From Pseudomonadota bacterium (lineage in GTDB: Bacteria; Pseudomonadota; Alphaproteobacteria; Sphingomonadales; Sphingomonadaceae): DNA of 64,000 bases. A program made the translations under genes and the position numbers. The stretch is from positions 34,065 through 98,064 of the forward strand of contig JBCCPG010000007.1 of assembly GCA_039039885.1 (NCBI GenBank), in the 5' to 3' direction. The notes below the pieces were generated by a model. It worked only from the letters and a program-made list of their open reading frames with translations. It made no database searches and had not been told where the DNA came from. Of this stretch, positions 1 through 10,520 are shown piece by piece (positions within the stretch are counted from its first letter, which is position 1; each line of letters opens with the position of its first letter).

Positions 1-255
1 TCAAGCGACGTCGTGGCCCGTGAGGTCGGTGGAGAGATGGTACTGCTCGACCTTAACAGCGGCAATTATTTTGGTCTCGACGTGGTTGGAGGGCGGATTT
101 GGGAGCTGCTTTCGGATCGACCGCAATCATTGCAGGAATTGTGTGATCAGGTTGAAGCAGAGTTTGACGCACCACGAGAGCGGATCGAAGCCGATCTTAT
201 TGCCTTAGCGATGGACTTGATGGACAAGGAACTGATCTCGGCCGCTGCTGCCTGA
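1..255 (+). CDS. PqqD-family / RiPP recognition element (RRE) protein, probably 5'-truncated by the window edge
   Basis: Frame is open from base 1 (SSDVVAREVGGEMVLLDLNSGNYFGLDVVGGRIWELL...); the 'VLLD...YFGL..VG..IWELL' pattern is typical of PqqD/lasso B1 proteins. Confidence 0.85.
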   Translation, partial: SSDVVAREVGGEMVLLDLNSGNYFGLDVVGGRIWELLSDRPQSLQELCDQVEAEFDAPRERIEADLIALAMDLMDKELISAAAA

Positions 256-264
256 TCAGCCTCC

Positions 265-1917
265 TCAGACTGCCCGCACCCCGTTTCTGGTCATCTTCAG
301 CACCCTGTCTGCTAAAGCGAGGCTAGCGGGTCGGTGGGTGATCAGTATCACGGTTTGATCCTTGAGCGTTTCGATGCAGCCTTCAATGAAGGCGGCCTCG
401 CTCTCCAAGTCGTACATGCTGGTTGCTTCGTCGAGGATTAGCACCGGCGGCGCACGAAACAAAGCGCGGGCAAGAGCAATGCGTTGTCGCTGTCCACCCG
501 ACAGGCGGAGTCCATGATCTCCGATTACCGTTGAGTAGCCATCGGCCAAGCTGGCGATAAAGTCGTCCGCTTTCGCCTGCCTGGCCGCCTTTATCATATC
601 GCGCTCGGGGTTCGAGCTGTTCTGCCCGAATATAATATTGTCCGCGATTGTCCCGTTGAACAATAATGCACGTTGAGGGACATAACCGAATTGACGCCGA
701 AGGGCCTGGACTTGCAATTCAGCAATGTCATGCCCGTCCAAGAGGATCCTGCCTGTAGATGGCTGGTAGAACCGCAGCAGAAGGCGGACTAAAGTGGATT
801 TCCCGACCCCGTTGGCTCCGGTCAATGCGACCGTTTCACCTTTGGCAATTTCAAGGTCAAGGCCCTCAAAAACCGGGGGCCGATCAGGATAGCTGAACCC
901 GAGCCCTTCCACCGTGATTTCGCCGGATGCGCGATCGAGCGGCTTCCCTGCTGCCTGGCCTGGCTCTGTATCGAGCGCGAAGACCGCCTCAAGCCGCGAT
1001 AAGGTGCCGCGTGCCATCTGGTATCGGCCATAGACATCGGCCAATGCGCCGATCGGGCGGGTTAGAAGCGCTGCATATAAGAGGAACGCAAACACATCGC
1101 TGGGCGAGCTTGAACCTGCGTCCAGCGCTTCCCCCCCGATCAACAAAACGGCAATTGCCGCAAGCGCTGCAACCAAGCTCATAATCGGACCGATAAAGGC
1201 CCCCCATTGCGCCTGACGAACGGAGAGCACGCGCGAGGATTCGGCCGCATGAGCGAATTCGTCGCGGTGGTGCTGCTCGGTCGCAAATGCCTTGATCGCG
1301 GGCAGGATCTCCAGATCCCGTTCCGCAATCGCAATCAGCTCTACTTCCGCCGCACGAACCTGCCCCGATAGCTTACGCAATCGCCGTCCAGCGACCTTGG
1401 TCAAAACATAGAAGACCGGGATAAGAATGGGCACGATCAGCGCCATGCTGGGATCAATCCAGAACAATACCGCAATCGCACCGCAAGCGGTCAGGATCAT
1501 TGCGGGCGCGTTGGCCAAAGTTGAGGCAAGAAAATCGCTGAGATTGCCAACTTCGTAAGAGGTTAATGCCAGCACATCACCAGAGCGCTGCTCATCATGA
1601 AAGCTGAGCGGCATCAGTTGGACATGGTTGTAGATACGCTTGCGTAGCTCAGTCAGAATCTGGGTCGATGCCCGTTCGGATAGCAAGGCCGCCGCCACAT
1701 TCAGCGCTGTCAGCAAGACCAAAGCGGCGACCAACAGGGCTAGGATCTGGGACATATCAAGGGCGAGCTGCGTCTCCCCCATAATCCCACCGATCAGCTG
1801 TGCTGCAAGCCAAGGCACTGTCAGCGTGGCGAGAGAGCTCAGGACTGTAAGGCCGCTGATTAAAGCAAGCTGTCCGCGGAAACGCCGGGCCCATTCAAGC
1901 CAGAAAGCGATGCTCAT
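265..1917 (-). CDS. ABC transporter, fused permease/ATP-binding (MsbA-like exporter)
   Basis: N-terminal TM domain; Walker A GANGVGKS, signature LSGGQRQR, Walker B ILDEATS. Confidence 0.93.
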   Translation of the reverse strand: MSIAFWLEWARRFRGQLALISGLTVLSSLATLTVPWLAAQLIGGIMGETQLALDMSQILALLVAALVLLTALNVAAALLSERASTQILTELRKRIYNHVQLMPLSFHDEQRSGDVLALTSYEVGNLSDFLASTLANAPAMILTACGAIAVLFWIDPSMALIVPILIPVFYVLTKVAGRRLRKLSGQVRAAEVELIAIAERDLEILPAIKAFATEQHHRDEFAHAAESSRVLSVRQAQWGAFIGPIMSLVAALAAIAVLLIGGEALDAGSSSPSDVFAFLLYAALLTRPIGALADVYGRYQMARGTLSRLEAVFALDTEPGQAAGKPLDRASGEITVEGLGFSYPDRPPVFEGLDLEIAKGETVALTGANGVGKSTLVRLLLRFYQPSTGRILLDGHDIAELQVQALRRQFGYVPQRALLFNGTIADNIIFGQNSSNPERDMIKAARQAKADDFIASLADGYSTVIGDHGLRLSGGQRQRIALARALFRAPPVLILDEATSMYDLESEAAFIEGCIETLKDQTVILITHRPASLALADRVLKMTRNGVRAV

Positions 1918-3071
1918 TGTGGTCTTGCCCGTCGGATCATGCGCTGTGCTGTCTCAAGCAGCAGCCTCCCCTGCAACAGGGCTGTTGGCCAGCGCTTGGC
2001 TGCCGGATACTTCACCAATAGATGATGGCGCGGTGGGAAGGCCCGCATGGTAAGTAATCGCGCTTTCTCAGTAACGCCTTGCGCCTTGCGAAGATCGGCC
2101 CAGAAATGGGTTAGACTATCCCAATCCTTTAGATAGGCTTCGAGCGCAGGATCAAGTGGTACTCTTGCTAGCCGTTCAAGCGTGTCTTCGGACACCGATG
2201 TGCGCAGATCCTGGCTCACGCCCCGCAGTGCCTCGGCCACCAGGGCGCCCACTGTGTGTTGGTCGCAAAGCTCATAGAGGGCTTGCCAATCCTCGCCCTT
2301 CATATTGCGGATCAGGAGATCAAAATCGACCGACCAAATAAGTCTGCGTGGGCTCGTAAGGAAGCCTGCTTCAGAAGCGTAACCGTGCTCCGCGTGCCAT
2401 TTCTGATTGATGGTCGCATGCAGCACCATCAGCGCTAAGTTGGGGCGGAAGGCGCCTGTGCCAAAGCGCGGCATTGCGACTTTATTGGCGAAGAAATCCC
2501 TGATTGGCAGGCTTTGCTGCAAGGTTGGCCGGTCGGAGGGCGCCCAATGTAGGTCGATTGCATGTTCGAAGAAGCCAGCCGTGTCGTGCAACCAACCCTC
2601 CTGATAGTACAGGCCATGAGGATCATTGTGACGATACCATCCCATCCTTTCAAAAATCTCACGAGCCCGCTGCTTATCCTGCGGGTGGATTAGCAGGTCA
2701 GTATCGCCGCGCCGCCGCGTCGCCGGTTCATCGTGAAACGAATAGGCAAGGGCGGTACCCTTCATGATGACACAGGCTATCCCGGCTGTATCAAGCGCTT
2801 CGACGATTTCGCTCACGGCTTTGTGGTGCGTGGTTTCCCATAAGATCACCAGACGTGCTTCCTCGGCGATCCGGTCGAGCAGGTCGGACGGCCAGGTCTG
2901 CAGCTGGCTGGCGGATGAGTGCAAGAGAAATGGGATGCCGTGATATTCGATCCGCTCCCAAACTTGCTGCCAAGCCCATTCTTTGTCGAGCGCCCATGAT
3001 GCTTCTTCATTTGCACGCAATGCTCGCAAGCTGGCGGCTAGAAATCCATCAATGGCAGACGAATCAGTCAT
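1914..3071 (-). CDS. Nucleotidyltransferase family protein (NTP_transf_5-like)
   Basis: Motifs MKGTALA, R..GDTDLLI and IDLHW; 4-bp overlap with the ABC gene. Confidence 0.8.
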   Translation of the reverse strand: MTDSSAIDGFLAASLRALRANEEASWALDKEWAWQQVWERIEYHGIPFLLHSSASQLQTWPSDLLDRIAEEARLVILWETTHHKAVSEIVEALDTAGIACVIMKGTALAYSFHDEPATRRRGDTDLLIHPQDKQRAREIFERMGWYRHNDPHGLYYQEGWLHDTAGFFEHAIDLHWAPSDRPTLQQSLPIRDFFANKVAMPRFGTGAFRPNLALMVLHATINQKWHAEHGYASEAGFLTSPRRLIWSVDFDLLIRNMKGEDWQALYELCDQHTVGALVAEALRGVSQDLRTSVSEDTLERLARVPLDPALEAYLKDWDSLTHFWADLRKAQGVTEKARLLTMRAFPPRHHLLVKYPAAKRWPTALLQGRLLLETAQRMIRRARPQ

Positions 3072-3267
3072 TTGATATGCGGTGATTTCCCATCCGAAAA
3101 TTGGCGCAAATGCGCCGTTTCGGGGTCGTAATGCGACAAATTGAGCGCTTTGACCAGCATTCAGAATCTGCCCTCACAACGCCCCGCGATTATGTGTTGA
3201 CCCCTAAGGGTTATGCTGCAAAGCGATTGCGGATTTTCAGGGCAATATCGACTGGACACGAATTCAG

Positions 3268-4155
3268 GTGCAAGAACGTAAAGGCATTATACTTGCCGGG
3301 GGATCCGGTACGCGGCTTTATCCGCTCACCAAGGGTGTTTCGAAGCAGCTGATGCCGATCTTCGACAAACCTATGATCTACTATCCCCTCAGCACTTTGA
3401 TGCTGGCTGGAATTAAAGACATACTGATTATTACGACACCCGAAGATGCTGAGCAGTTTCAGCGTGTGCTTGGTGACGGATCCGACCTAGGTGTGAATCT
3501 CAGCTTCGCACAACAGCCCAAGCCTGAAGGGTTGGCGCAAGCGTTTCACATTGGCGCCGACTTCGTCTCTGGTGGGCCAAGCGCGCTTATCCTTGGCGAC
3601 AATATTTTTTACGGTCACGGACTTCCCGAATTGCTCCACAGCGCGAATGCCCGCGAGAGCGGTGCGAGCGTCTTTGCCTACAGGGTGACCAACCCAGAAG
3701 CCTTCGGAGTTGTCGAGTTTGACGCGGAAGGCAAGGCCATCTCGATTGAGGAAAAGCCGACGGCCCCCAAGTCCAACTATGCTGTCACGGGCCTGTATTT
3801 CTATGACGAAACGGTCGTTGATCGGGCGCGTGACCTGAAGCCTTCTGCGCGCGGCGAGCTTGAAATCACCGATCTTAACCGTCTGTACCTTGATGAGGGC
3901 AGCATGTCGGTCGAGATGATGGGACGGGGCTTTGCCTGGCTCGACACTGGCACGCATGCTTCGCTGCTCGATGCTGCAACCTATGTGCGGATCACTGAAG
4001 AACGGCAGGGCTTCAAGATTGCCTGTCCGGAGGAGATCGCTTGGCGGCAAGGCTTTATCGATGATCAGAAATTAGCCAGCATCGCCGAACCGCTGCGTAA
4101 ATCGGGCTATGGAGAGTATCTTTTCCAACTGTTAGATGAACCGAACTTGTCGTGA
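3268..4155 (+). CDS. rfbA: Glucose-1-phosphate thymidylyltransferase
   Basis: [39 protein letters not shown]. Confidence 0.97.
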   Translation: MQERKGIILAGGSGTRLYPLTKGVSKQLMPIFDKPMIYYPLSTLMLAGIKDILIITTPEDAEQFQRVLGDGSDLGVNLSFAQQPKPEGLAQAFHIGADFVSGGPSALILGDNIFYGHGLPELLHSANARESGASVFAYRVTNPEAFGVVEFDAEGKAISIEEKPTAPKSNYAVTGLYFYDETVVDRARDLKPSARGELEITDLNRLYLDEGSMSVEMMGRGFAWLDTGTHASLLDAATYVRITEERQGFKIACPEEIAWRQGFIDDQKLASIAEPLRKSGYGEYLFQLLDEPNLS

Positions 4156-4697
4156 AGATCATCGCAACGGATATCCCAGATCTGCTGATTATCGAGCCGC
4201 GAGCTTTCGGAGACGATCGCGGCTTCTTCATGGAGACCTGGAATGAGAGGGCGTTTCGTGAAGCTGGTCTGGATCTGACTTGGATGCAAGACAATCACAG
4301 CCGTTCCCAAAGAGGTGTTTTGCGAGGCCTGCACTTTCAGAATCCTGGACCGCAAGGTAAACTCGTTCGGGTCACGCGCGGTGCGGTTTTTGATGTCGCG
4401 GTCGATCTTCGCTCATCGTCTGAGCATTTCGGCAAATGGGTCGGAGTTGAGCTTACGGCTGACAACAAACGCATGTTCTGGGTGCCAGAAGGGTTCGCTC
4501 ATGGCTTTCTGACTCTCACCGACGACACCGATTTTCTGTATAAGTGTACGACGCCCTACGCACCGCAATCCGAACACACATTGGCTTGGGATGATCCGAG
4601 CGTTGGGATCGAATGGCCGGTCGCAAATCTCGATCCGATCATCTCCGAAAAAGATGCCAAGGGGCTTGCCCTTTCGCAGGTCCCGACTTTCTTATGA
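4152..4697 (+). CDS. rfbC: dTDP-4-dehydrorhamnose 3,5-epimerase
   Basis: [35 protein letters not shown]. Confidence 0.97.
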   Translation: MKIIATDIPDLLIIEPRAFGDDRGFFMETWNERAFREAGLDLTWMQDNHSRSQRGVLRGLHFQNPGPQGKLVRVTRGAVFDVAVDLRSSSEHFGKWVGVELTADNKRMFWVPEGFAHGFLTLTDDTDFLYKCTTPYAPQSEHTLAWDDPSVGIEWPVANLDPIISEKDAKGLALSQVPTFL

Positions 4698-5551
4698 GAG
4701 TGCTCGTTACAGGTGCGGGTGGCCAATTGGGTAGCGCCTTACAAGCGACGGCTCCAAGTAATGTCGATCTCAGCGCGATTGATGTCGAAGACGTTGATTT
4801 GACTGATGCTGCGATGCTGCGCGCCCGACTTGCTGTGGAAGCGCCCGATGTGATCATAAACGCCGCAGCTTACACCGCTGTGGATCGGGCCGAGGACGAA
4901 GAAGATCTTGCTCGCGCGATCAACTCGGACGCCGTTGCCGTTATGGCTGCGGCGATGAGAGAGGCTGGTGGCAAGCTGGTGCATGTATCGACCGACTTCG
5001 TCTTCGATGGGCAGTCTGCGCGAGCCTATAAGCCCAGCGATGCGCGAGCTCCGATCAGTGTCTATGGCCGAACCAAGGCTGAAGGCGAAGACCAGCTCGC
5101 ACCCAGCGACATTCTGGTTCGCACAGCTTGGGTCTATGCGGCGGGAGGCGCCAATTTTGTGCGCACCATGATCCGTTTGATGAATGAGCGCGATAAACTT
5201 GGGATCGTCGCAGATCAGATTGGATCGCCCACTTGGGCCACTGGTTTGGCGCAAACGATCTGGGGTTTGCTGGAAAGAGGCGCGAAAGGTACCTTCCATC
5301 ACAGCGATGCAGGCGTGGCCAGCTGGTATGACTTTGCCGTAGCCATCGCAGAGGAGGCCTATGCTCTCGGCTTGATCGACAGCATTCCCGCGATCGAGCC
5401 AATCGCAACCGCGGATTATCCTACGCCTGCCCGTCGCCCCGCTTTCTCACTGCTTGATTGCAGCGAGACCCGCGATGTGCTGGGGGACACCCCTACTCAT
5501 TGGCGCACCAACTTGCGCCTCATGCTCAAAGAGGAAAAAGCCCTTGGCTAA
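4694..5551 (+). CDS. rfbD: dTDP-4-dehydrorhamnose reductase
   Basis: ATG at 4694 overlaps the rfbC stop; GAGGQLG, AAYTAVD, STDFVFDG, YGRTK. Confidence 0.96.
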   Translation: MRVLVTGAGGQLGSALQATAPSNVDLSAIDVEDVDLTDAAMLRARLAVEAPDVIINAAAYTAVDRAEDEEDLARAINSDAVAVMAAAMREAGGKLVHVSTDFVFDGQSARAYKPSDARAPISVYGRTKAEGEDQLAPSDILVRTAWVYAAGGANFVRTMIRLMNERDKLGIVADQIGSPTWATGLAQTIWGLLERGAKGTFHHSDAGVASWYDFAVAIAEEAYALGLIDSIPAIEPIATADYPTPARRPAFSLLDCSETRDVLGDTPTHWRTNLRLMLKEEKALG

Positions 5552-6605
5552 CCTTCTGGTCACCGGCGGCGCTGGGTTTATCGGCGGCAATTTCGTCCAC
5601 TACTGGAATGCGGCGCATCCACAGGATTACATTATTGTCCTCGACGCTTTGACTTATGCGGGCAATCGGTCAACCCTTGCGGGCGCGCCTGCGGCGGAGC
5701 TGATTGAGGGTGACATTCGCGACCAGGCGCTCGTCGAGAAACTCCTCACAGAGCGCGATATCGCCTCCATCGTGCACTTCGCCGCGGAAAGCCATGTCGA
5801 CCGTTCGATCACCGGTCCCGACGTGTTCATCGAAACCAATATTCTTGGGACCAACTCCCTGCTCAAAGCCGCACGCGCCGTGTGGTTGGCAGGAGACGGG
5901 ATGGAGCACCGTTTCCATCACATCTCCACTGACGAGGTATATGGTTCCCTCGGACCTGACGATCCTGCATTCAGCGAGACGACGCAATATGCACCCAACT
6001 CGCCCTATTCCGCGTCGAAGGCATCCTCCGATCATCTCGTGCGCGCTTATCATCACACCTATGGCTTGGAAGTGACGACCAGCAATTGCTCGAACAATTA
6101 CGGCCCATACCAATACCCTGAAAAGCTGATTCCGCTGTTTTTCCTCAATGCGCTGTCAGGCAAGAACTTGCCTATCTACGGCGATGGAATGAACGTACGC
6201 GACTGGCTGCATGTGGAGGATCATTGCCGCGGTATCGAAGCGTGTTTGTCCAAGGGCCAAGCGGGCGAGACCTATAATATTGGCGGTGGTGCCGAATTGC
6301 CGAACCTCGATGTGATTGATGCGATCTGTGCCGAGGTCGATCTTGCTTTCGAAGAAATCGAAGGACTGGCAGATCGCTACCCAGATGCACCTGCAGCCAA
6401 AGGAAAGAAGAGCGAGACGCTCAAGACCTTTGTGACAGACAGGGCGGGCCATGATCGCCGCTACGCGATTGATGAAACCAAGGCGCGCGGCGATCTAGGC
6501 TATGCTGCAAGGCTCAGTTTCCACGAAGGTCTGCGCCAGACCCTGCGTTGGTATCTGGATCGCGAAGATTGGTGGAGGCCGCTCCTCCATAGCGCAAACG
6601 GCTAA
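5544..6605 (+). CDS. rfbB: dTDP-glucose 4,6-dehydratase
   Basis: TTG start at 5544 inferred; TGGAGFIG, HFAAESHVDRS, STDEVYG, PYSASK. Confidence 0.96.
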   Translation: MANLLVTGGAGFIGGNFVHYWNAAHPQDYIIVLDALTYAGNRSTLAGAPAAELIEGDIRDQALVEKLLTERDIASIVHFAAESHVDRSITGPDVFIETNILGTNSLLKAARAVWLAGDGMEHRFHHISTDEVYGSLGPDDPAFSETTQYAPNSPYSASKASSDHLVRAYHHTYGLEVTTSNCSNNYGPYQYPEKLIPLFFLNALSGKNLPIYGDGMNVRDWLHVEDHCRGIEACLSKGQAGETYNIGGGAELPNLDVIDAICAEVDLAFEEIEGLADRYPDAPAAKGKKSETLKTFVTDRAGHDRRYAIDETKARGDLGYAARLSFHEGLRQTLRWYLDREDWWRPLLHSANG

Positions 6606-7729
6606 TGCAGGAGCTGCTTTCCTCCCACCGTCTTGGCGATTATCTTGCGGGTAGGAACAATAACCTGAACCTGATCCGCATGATTGCGGCATCCGCTGTT
6701 CTTATTTCGCACGCCTATCCCATCGCGTTGGGCCCTGGCACCCCGGAGCCCTTTGAGAACCTTACGCGGATGACACTGGGCGGCATAGCGGTGGCAATCT
6801 TCTTTGCGCTTTCGGGACTGCTCATCGCGCGCAGTTTTGACCGCAAGAAAACGCTTGTCCATTTTGCAGCAGCGCGCATTATGCGGCTGTTTCCAGCTCT
6901 GCTTGTGGTCCTGGCGCTGACTGTTCTAGCGGGCGCTGCCCTCACCGATCTCAGCCTACAAGCTTACTTCCTGTCGCCTGAGACGCTCAGCTACATCCCC
7001 AGAAACCTCTCGCTCGCCTTTCTTCAATACCCCCTTCCGGGAGTGTTCGATACAAACGCCTACGGCGATCCGATCAACGGCAGTTTGTGGACCTTGTTCT
7101 ACGAAGTCGTTTGTTATCTCGGAGTGGTTTGTGTTGGCCTTATCGGCCTGTTGCGCCGGCGCGTTCTTTTCAGCTTGGCCTTCGCCGCTCTTACCGCGGG
7201 CTATCTTTATGCGCTCCATTGGGAGCCACAGAGCGGGATTGCCATGCGGCTGGATCTTCTAATGATCCTGGGCTTTCCATTCGGACTGGGGATGATGGCT
7301 TATGTTTGGCGGGATAAGTTCACGCTCGATTTACGGTTTGCCGCGGTTCTTTGGGCTTTGTGCGTTCCGGCCGCCCACACACCGTTCTTGCCTGCTTTTG
7401 TGCTTGTTGCCTTGATATATTCTGTAGCTTGGTTTGGGTTCATACCCAAAGGGGCTCTTCTAAACTACAACCGGCTGGGGGACTATTCGTACGGCATGTA
7501 TATCTTCGCCTTTCCGATCCAGCAGATGTTCGCGCATCTCGTTCCGCAGGCGGACCCTTTAGGGAACATGGCGTTCGCTTTCCCACTTACTTTAGTATGC
7601 GCCATCGCGTCTTGGCATTTGGTCGAGAATGCGGCCCTGGCGAAGGTTCATCCCCTCGCGGATCGCATTACCAAAAGGCTGGGGCTAGAAGCTCGAAGCC
7701 AAAGGCCCGGCGAAAGCCGCCAAGCCTAG
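6605..7729 (+). CDS. Acyltransferase-3 (OafA-like) membrane O-acyltransferase
   Basis: R...A..V..SH, AV.IFF.LSG.LI, RIMRLFP, NGSLWTL.YE, SYG.Y; multiple TMs. Confidence 0.9.
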   Translation: MQELLSSHRLGDYLAGRNNNLNLIRMIAASAVLISHAYPIALGPGTPEPFENLTRMTLGGIAVAIFFALSGLLIARSFDRKKTLVHFAAARIMRLFPALLVVLALTVLAGAALTDLSLQAYFLSPETLSYIPRNLSLAFLQYPLPGVFDTNAYGDPINGSLWTLFYEVVCYLGVVCVGLIGLLRRRVLFSLAFAALTAGYLYALHWEPQSGIAMRLDLLMILGFPFGLGMMAYVWRDKFTLDLRFAAVLWALCVPAAHTPFLPAFVLVALIYSVAWFGFIPKGALLNYNRLGDYSYGMYIFAFPIQQMFAHLVPQADPLGNMAFAFPLTLVCAIASWHLVENAALAKVHPLADRITKRLGLEARSQRPGESRQA

Positions 7730-8463
7730 TTCGGCTCGCTCGGGCAAATCGCTTCAGCCAGCCATCGGCCCATGCACCGGTGACCTTCCACGTTGAGGTG
7801 CAGCGCATCGAATGTCAGAGGCGGCGAGATATTCGAACATTGCGCCAAGGCTGCGGCGGGATCGAGCACGGCGATACCGCTGCTTTGTGCGACGCGTGCG
7901 ACCGCTTGCCTATAGGGGTGCAGTCGCTGATTGATTGCGATTGAACCGCCGGGGGGCGGGGCGAGCAGTGCCACTTTAGATCCTTGGTTTTGCGCGCGTT
8001 CGACGTGGGCAGTGAGCGAAGCTTCGAAGTCCGAGAGCGGCACTGGCTGACGCTCGCGCATCCAGCCGCGCGGGGCTGCGTCATTGGTGCCAAAAGCGAT
8101 CATCACGAGCGAACTGGGGGTCTTTATATTGCCCCATGCCTCTTCGCCCATTGCAGCGGTAAATCCGCCCCTTGCGCGAATGATGACTGGGAACTGATCA
8201 CCAAGCTCGCGTTCTACAATGCGGCCATAGGGCAGAGCCTCAAACTCTTGCGATGTGCCCATGCGTCCGCCCGCGGCTAGGCTGTCACCACGAAATTCGA
8301 TTGTCTGACCGGGGGCTGGGCAAAGGTTGTCAGAAGGGACCGCCGCAAGCTCTTCGATGGGGACAATCGCCGTTCCATCCCATCGCCATGCGGGAATCTC
8401 GTCCCAGGCAAGCCATAATCCGAGGATTGCCAATCCCAGGATCGCAGACGATAGAACCCTCAT
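7726..8463 (-). CDS. SGNH/GDSL esterase, N-terminally anchored
   Basis: Block I GDSL, block III FGTND, block V DALH; N-terminal hydrophobic segment. Confidence 0.85.
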   Translation of the reverse strand: MRVLSSAILGLAILGLWLAWDEIPAWRWDGTAIVPIEELAAVPSDNLCPAPGQTIEFRGDSLAAGGRMGTSQEFEALPYGRIVERELGDQFPVIIRARGGFTAAMGEEAWGNIKTPSSLVMIAFGTNDAAPRGWMRERQPVPLSDFEASLTAHVERAQNQGSKVALLAPPPGGSIAINQRLHPYRQAVARVAQSSGIAVLDPAAALAQCSNISPPLTFDALHLNVEGHRCMGRWLAEAICPSEPN

Positions 8464-8583
8464 CTGCGCCGCTCCAGCCTAGGCATTACCTTGAAGCCGA
8501 TCATCGCTATTTGCGCTTGCCAATGCGAAAAATCGCATCCACGAACGGCCCGGCGTTCTGTAAGTGGCAGGGAAAGACCAATC

Positions 8584-9084
8584 ATGAGTTTCAGTCTGAG
8601 CAGACTCGCCTTCCTGCGCAAGATTCTAACGGGTGGACGGCGCCGTTTCTTCGTCTCCGTGATGGGAATGGATATCCACCCAACGGTGGAAATGTCGCTC
8701 TCAGCCAAGCCTGATCTCACCTTCCCCAAGGGCGTCCACATCGCAGAGCACACCTATGTTGCCTTCAATGCGCGCATTCTAACCCATGACCGAACACGCG
8801 GCATGTACACTCATACCAGAATTGGGAAGAACTGCTTCATTGGCGGGGAGAGCCTGATCCTGCCGGGGATCACAATCGGCGATAATTGCGTGATTGGTGC
8901 CGGGAGCGTTGTGACAAAGGACGTGCCCGACCGCACCATTGTTGCTGGCAATCCTGCGCAAGTCATCAAGGAAGATATCGAAGTTGGAGCCTATGGCCGC
9001 TTTGTCACTGCCGACGAAACCGAGCGGCGGATCAGGCAAACAGATGCATCGGCGGCCGATTTGCCGGACCGAATGGAGAGCTAG
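8584..9084 (+). CDS. Hexapeptide-repeat (left-handed beta-helix) O-acetyltransferase
   Basis: [38 protein letters not shown]; start at ATG 8584 inferred. Confidence 0.88.
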   Translation: MSFSLSRLAFLRKILTGGRRRFFVSVMGMDIHPTVEMSLSAKPDLTFPKGVHIAEHTYVAFNARILTHDRTRGMYTHTRIGKNCFIGGESLILPGITIGDNCVIGAGSVVTKDVPDRTIVAGNPAQVIKEDIEVGAYGRFVTADETERRIRQTDASAADLPDRMES

Positions 9085-10517
9085 CGCGTTCGCACGATCT
9101 GGCGCAGCTTGCGAAAGACCTTGGTCGGATTGGTGATCTTGGCCAGCGGCTTTTTGAGGTCACGCCAATCGCCGTAACGGTTGATTGGCAGGTCAAGCAG
9201 CTCGGGCCAGTATTGCTTGATGAAACCAAAGATCATTCCATCATTCTGACGATAGTCGGGCGGCAGTCGAAGCATGGCTTCGATGGCTGCAAAACTGGCC
9301 AAGGGATGGATGATTACGGAGTGCGGGTTGGCATAGGACTGAACGCTGCTCCACGCGCTCATGCGCAATTCGATATAGGCGATGTCGAGAAGCTTGGTCG
9401 TCTCTGTCGCTGGCAGCTGTGCCAGCCAACGCTCTACCCGTTCAATCACATTGGGCACACGCGGCAGCTTGAGCAGGTCGACCAAACTTGTCGCGTTGAT
9501 CGGGGGCAGGTGATCAAGGTCAGGCCACAGAAAGCATCGCCCGACTTCGCCGCCAAGCCCGCCAATGCAGATTTGGCCATCAAGCGGATAGACGCTGGGA
9601 TGTTGTCGGCGGTTGGCGGTAATCACGCAGTCGCCAACGCGCCGATCCCATTCGTTAGCCTCTTTGTCATCGGCACGGACATATTCGAGTACATGGTGAT
9701 CCAATTCAAAGCTCTTTGAAAGCTCGCGCGCGCGGACCACATCGAAATTTGCATCAGGATTGACGGGCGGAGCTACGGTGTAGAAGTCAACCTTGTCCCT
9801 GACCGGCTTGAGTGCTGCGAGCAGCAGCCTGCTGTCGCCGCCTCCGGTCAATCCGACAGTGACTTTGCGGCCGGCGGCGAGACTTGCTTCTGCGCTCTTG
9901 CGAATCTCATCGGCGATGATGGCGAATTGCGGTTCGACAGGTCCGGCTGCATCGGTGACCTGCTCGTAGGCGGAGTGTCGGACCTGCTCCCATTTGTCGC
10001 AGTCGAGAAAGTGATTCGCGATCAGGCGTTCAAGCCCTTTATGCGCGGTCAGACCTGCTGGAAACCAACCTTCCTTTTCGATCTCAAGCGCTGCGTAAAG
10101 GTCGCTATCGAAGCGGGAATCGTAGTCCTCCGGGCTCATCACGCAGGCTGCGGTGGATCCTGCGATTGCATTGTTTGGGTCGAATACGACGCTCAAATTT
10201 CCCAACGCATCCATATAAATACGCGTCTCGTCGGGCGTGGAGATTATCGCGATATAGGTTCCGATAAGAGGTTTGATTGCGCCTCCGTGGATCGCCGCTG
10301 CGCTGTGCAGAGTGTCCGGCACGGTGAAGCTATCCCGCAGAAGCCTCGAAGTGGTAGGGTCAATGGCCCATCCCAAGATCGCGCCGACACGCTTTCCTTG
10401 TGTATTGATCAGCTCTGTGACCGGTACGTAGTCTGAAACCTCAAGAAACCAGCCGTTGATCTCCAAGGCAGTTTGCCCAAGCCTTTCGCGGTGGCGGCTA
10501 AAGGCAAAGCCGTACAT
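9081..10517 (-). CDS. Asparagine-synthetase-like (PP-loop) protein
   Basis: [13 protein letters not shown] adenylation loop, later G.GGE..R and 'HPL' motifs; degenerate N-terminal domain without Cys1. Confidence 0.6.
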   Translation of the reverse strand: MYGFAFSRHRERLGQTALEINGWFLEVSDYVPVTELINTQGKRVGAILGWAIDPTTSRLLRDSFTVPDTLHSAAAIHGGAIKPLIGTYIAIISTPDETRIYMDALGNLSVVFDPNNAIAGSTAACVMSPEDYDSRFDSDLYAALEIEKEGWFPAGLTAHKGLERLIANHFLDCDKWEQVRHSAYEQVTDAAGPVEPQFAIIADEIRKSAEASLAAGRKVTVGLTGGGDSRLLLAALKPVRDKVDFYTVAPPVNPDANFDVVRARELSKSFELDHHVLEYVRADDKEANEWDRRVGDCVITANRRQHPSVYPLDGQICIGGLGGEVGRCFLWPDLDHLPPINATSLVDLLKLPRVPNVIERVERWLAQLPATETTKLLDIAYIELRMSAWSSVQSYANPHSVIIHPLASFAAIEAMLRLPPDYRQNDGMIFGFIKQYWPELLDLPINRYGDWRDLKKPLAKITNPTKVFRKLRQIVRTR

Positions 10518-10520
10518 TGC

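Noticed and set aside
1-3267. Lasso-peptide precursor
   Set aside because: No short ORF with a recognisable leader/core pattern was found in the window; it may lie upstream
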